Origin: Thermodesulfobacteriota bacterium
GTDB taxonomy: Bacteria > Desulfobacterota > Desulfarculia > JACQYL01
Length of the DNA stretch: 64,000 nucleotides
NCBI GenBank assembly: GCA_963675595.2
Contig: CAXXLZ010000001.1
Coordinates: forward strand, 64,001-128,000
Direction of reading: 5' to 3'
This document shows positions 60,755 through 64,000 of this stretch, one piece after another. A program made the position numbers and the translations under genes. Within the stretch, counting starts at the first letter, position 1; each line of letters begins with the position of its first letter. The notes below the pieces were generated by a model, which was given only the letters and a program-made list of their open reading frames with translations, did not search any database and had not been told where the DNA came from.

Positions 60755-62218
60755 TTTCTGAAAACAGGTGTCTCATTTTCATTGACACATTCCGTACAGA
60801 GAAATTAAGCATAAAATTACAAAAGAAATATATTTAGACAAACATACAATTTTACCAAAAATTGAGGGGGTCACTGAGTCTTATATTGGATATCTCCCTG
60901 TCCATGAATTTCTAAAGTTAGTTACTGACGAAGACGAGGAATTACTAAAAAGTGTTTTTTACGACAATGTGCGTGACTTCCAAGGTTTTAACTATGTAAA
61001 TAAGGAAATTAAAAACTCAGTTGAAAACACACAGTTAAATGACAAGTTTGTGCTTTTGAATAATGGAATAACAGTTGTAGCAAAAAGCGTCAACAAAGTT
61101 GGGACGGCATTTAAAGTAAACGATTTTCAAATTGTAAACGGATGTCAAACAAGCCATGTGTTGTATTACCTTAGAGAGAAGGTATCTGAAAGTTTGCAAA
61201 TACCGCTTAAATTGATTGTCACAGATAATCCAGATGTAACAAATAACATTATCAAGGCAACAAATCAACAAACAGAAGTCAAAAAAGAAGCTTTTGAAAT
61301 ACTATCACCATTCCATAAAAAAATCGAAGAGTTTTATTTGGCTTTTGAAAAGGAAGACAATAAGCGAATTTATTATGAAAGACGTTCAAAGCAATACGAC
61401 AATTCTAAAATTAATAGGATGTATATTATCACACTATCAACACAAATTTCGTCCTTTATTGCAATGTTTCTTAACGAGCCGCATAGTACGAAAAGGTATT
61501 TTGGCGAGCTGTTGCGGGCCTACAAAAATAGACTTTTTCAGGAAGATCACTCACCTTACCCATATTACACATCAGGGTTAGCATTCTATGTATTAGAAAC
61601 CTTTTATCGTGATAGAATTTTAGATCAGAAATTTAAACAGTTTAAACACCATCTATTAATGCTATTCAGGATAAAAGTCACAGGTGAAAAAATGCCACCT
61701 TTTTCAAGCAAGAAAATAGAAAGTTATTGTAATGAGCTTCTTAATATCCTATGGGATCGTAACAAAGCAAAAATGATATTCATTGAATTAGAAGGTGTAC
61801 TAACAAATACGTTTAACAAGTCAAAACTATTGAAACGACAAGCGCATGTTCTCCGATCATTCACAGAAGAATTAATACCTTCCTTGAAGTCTTGCAAGAA
61901 GATTGGGTCTGTTATTTATTATAATGATCTAAAAGGGTATGGATTTATCAGAATTGATGACGACCAAGATGATATATTTGTCCATGTATCTGAAGTCGAG
62001 CGTTCACTAAATCGCTCACATTTAAAAAATGGAGAAAAAATTAAATTCAGTATAATTGATACATACAAAGGGCCGCAGGCTAAGGAATTAGAAACATAAT
62101 AAATGTGTTAAAAAATAGGATAAGCACCCATTGTAGCTTATAATTCGGTTTCTAATATCAATGATAATAATGCAAGAAGCCTTAACTTAGGTCGATCGTA
62201 ATTTTGGAGCTGGTAAAT

Positions 62219-62455
62219 ATGAGAAAAAATGTATTTGTTTACATTTCGTCTGGAATTATTTTATTAATAGTTTTCATTATTACTGTTATCCCAACAATTA
62301 TTGGTGGATCGGAATTTCTTTATAATGAGGGATCTCTGAGAATATTATATGCAGCAATTAGTTTAGCGGTAGCAATGATTACATTTGGGGTCTTGGGCGA
62401 TTCCGGCGCATTGGTTAAATTCCAGCGACAAAAAGGAACTTTGACGAGTTCGTAA
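62219..62455 (+). pseudogene. AT-rich membrane protein N-terminus, probably truncated by insertion
   Basis: Two hydrophobic helices. The frame ends abruptly within TTGACGAGTTCGTAAAAA, which resembles a mobile-element end. Confidence 0.45.
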
Positions 62456-62606
62456 AAACCCCTTAACGAATTTATATAGCTGAAAACATAAGTAAAAATG
62501 GTATTTAAGGGTCGACTTCCTTCTTGGGCCTTGTATAATAAGCATCTGACAGGAGTTTAAGAGTTACCTGAGCAGAATAGTCTATAAGGGCTGTAAAAGC
62601 GGTAAG

Positions 62607-62751
62607 TTACGTTCTGAAAGTTTGTAAGACCCCACCGTCGTTCATCTGGAAACCGAAGGCGTGCAGGATTTGGGCCTGGATGTCGTTCGGTTGTTCGATC
62701 ATGCGGAGGGGTTTTCGTTTTGCCGGACTGAAGCAGAGGCAGGAGTGGAGT
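62607..62751 (-). pseudogene. C-terminal fragment of a transposase (possibly IS1634-like)
   Basis: ...LRMIEQPNDIQAQILHAFG...stop, cut by the IS3 left end at 62752; higher GC than the island. Confidence 0.45.
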
Positions 62752-62825
62752 TGGAATGCCCCCCGATAATTGGTCCATGTATAATGAGAGTCTGAATGCC
62801 CAAAGAACGGAAGGAGACTTTTTGC

Positions 62826-63107
62826 ATGGCCAAGAGAAAGAGACACAGCGCGGAGCAAATCATCCGGAAACTTGAAGACGCGGACCGTCGTCTGACGGCA
62901 GGGCAGACGATAGCGCAGGTTTGCCAATCGCTGGAGGTGAGCGAGGCGACGTACCACCGGTGGCGAAACCAGTATGGGGGGATGAAGGCTGAGGAGGCCA
63001 AACGGCTAAAAGAACTGGAAAAGGAAAATGCACGCTTAAAAAAGCTGGTCGCCGATCTGATGTTGGACAAGGCAATGCTGAAGGATCTTGCGGAGGGAAA
63101 CTTCTAA
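62826..63107 (+). CDS. IS3/IS407 OrfA
   Basis: RHSAEQIIRKL...TYHRWRNQYGGM...LEKENARLKKLVA; AGGAG RBS. Confidence 0.92.
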   Translation: MAKRKRHSAEQIIRKLEDADRRLTAGQTIAQVCQSLEVSEATYHRWRNQYGGMKAEEAKRLKELEKENARLKKLVADLMLDKAMLKDLAEGNF

Positions 63108-64000
63108 GCCCGGCGCGTCGTAGGAAAGCGGTTGATTATGTTCGAAGTGAACATGCCGCTTCAGAGCGTCGGGCCTGCCGCGTAGCCGGTCAACACCGAT
63201 CCACCCAACGTTATGAGCCGAAGGAACGGGACGATGAGGTGGAACTGATCAAGGCTCTTCACCGGTTGGTTGGAGAACATCCCCGTTTTGGATGCCGTAG
63301 GATCACTCGGCTGCTGCGTGATGCGGGGTGGGCGGTAAACTACAAGCGAATTCATAGACTTTGGAAAGAGGAAGGATTCAAGGTACCTCGAAAAGCCAAG
63401 AAGAAACGCTTCCTGGGAGTTGATGCCAATGCGTGCAACAAGCGTAAGGCGGCTTTTGCAAATGATGTCTGGACGTTGGATTTCATTCATGACCGCTTGG
63501 TCGACGGCCGTCAGTTCAAGTGCTTGGCCATTGTCGACGAGTTTACTCGGGAAAACCTGGCCCTGAGGATCAACCGCTCCATTACGGGTGAAGACGTTTT
63601 GAACGAGCTGAGCCGATTGATGGGCGAGCGGGGAGTTCCAACGGGCATTCGATCGGATAACGGTCCCGAATTTATAGCCCAAAAGGTGAGAAACTGGCTG
63701 AAAGACCTGGGAGTGGGAACCCTTTTCGTCGAGCCGGGAGCCCCTTGGCAGAACGGGTACGTGGAAAGTTTCAACAGCCGTTTTCGGGATGAATTCTTGA
63801 ACATGGAAATTTTCAACAACATCAAGGAAGCGCAGACTCTGGCCGCCAAATGGCGGAAAGCCTATAACGAGGAAAGACCGCACAGTGCATTGAATTACAT
63901 GACCCCGGCCCAGTTCGCGGCGAGCCCTTGGGGCCTCGACTCCGCCTCGCTCAGCTCGGCTTCGCCGAGGCCCCAAGGGCCGGGGATGGAAAACCGCGAG
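63095..64000 (+). CDS. IS3/IS407 OrfB expressed via -1 frameshift (partial; absent from the ORF track)
   Basis: After G GGA AAC (63095-63101) the -1 frame reads LLSPARRR...SERRACR...WTLDF...IRSDNGPEF...PWQNGYVESFN...YNEERPHSAL. Confidence 0.9.

Larger units (their letters stand above)
59201..60794 (+). mobile_element. IS3-family insertion sequence (1594 bp)
   Basis: IRs TGTGCCAATGAGAGTGAGACACCT / AGGTGTCTCATTTTCATTGACACA lie 5 bp inside the ends; 3-bp TSD TAC at 59198-59200 and 60795-60797. Confidence 0.9.
57035..62099 (+). pseudogene. AIPR-family protein with C-terminal cold-shock domain, interrupted by two IS elements
   Basis: Segments 57035-57135, 58696-59200 and 60798-62099 join into 1908 nt in frame. 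AIPR motifs FYDNVRDFQ, LLNNGITVV, QIVNGCQTS, ATNQQT and YYERR; CSD motifs KGYGFI, DIFVH and KGPQA. Confidence 0.88.
62752..64000 (+). mobile_element. IS3-family (IS407-group-like) element, running off the window end
   Basis: Left end TGGAATGCCCCCCGATAATTGGTCCA; orfA/orfB with a G GGA AAC frameshift site. Confidence 0.88.

Overview
GC-rich bacterial chromosome segment. The gene content (Rnf, SelA, PocR/PAS kinases, VPLPA-CTERM protein, hemC with cobA-hemD) suggests an anaerobic Desulfobacterota/Syntrophobacteria-like organism (inference). In order: a chemotaxis/two-component cluster (1-7.8 kb); a radical SAM gene; a minus-strand acyl-CoA catabolic cluster (GlcD-GlcF fusion, HgdA-like dehydratase, activase, CoA ligase, thiolase); a ClC antiporter; a GldA/F/G-DUF4340 ABC operon whose DUF4340 gene is frameshifted; radical SAM genes; Lhr helicase; gmhB; a cysteine desulfurase/Sec-lyase-like gene; trmO; an atypical rnfCDGEA operon without rnfB; a sigma54-driven VPLPA-CTERM gene; selA, gmhA, hemC, cobA-hemD and folC. 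An AT-rich island then starts at about 56.7 kb. Two highlights: (1) an intact IS110 element (51613-52949) inserted at the CT core of a REP-like palindrome, whose bridge RNA guides for target and donor, empty target site and circle-junction promoter can all be read from the sequence; (2) a 635-aa AIPR-family gene with a C-terminal cold-shock domain, split by two IS elements and reconstructable exactly in frame. A ~145-bp MITE family and a REP-like hairpin family recur in intergenic regions. No rRNA, tRNA or CRISPR array was recognised.
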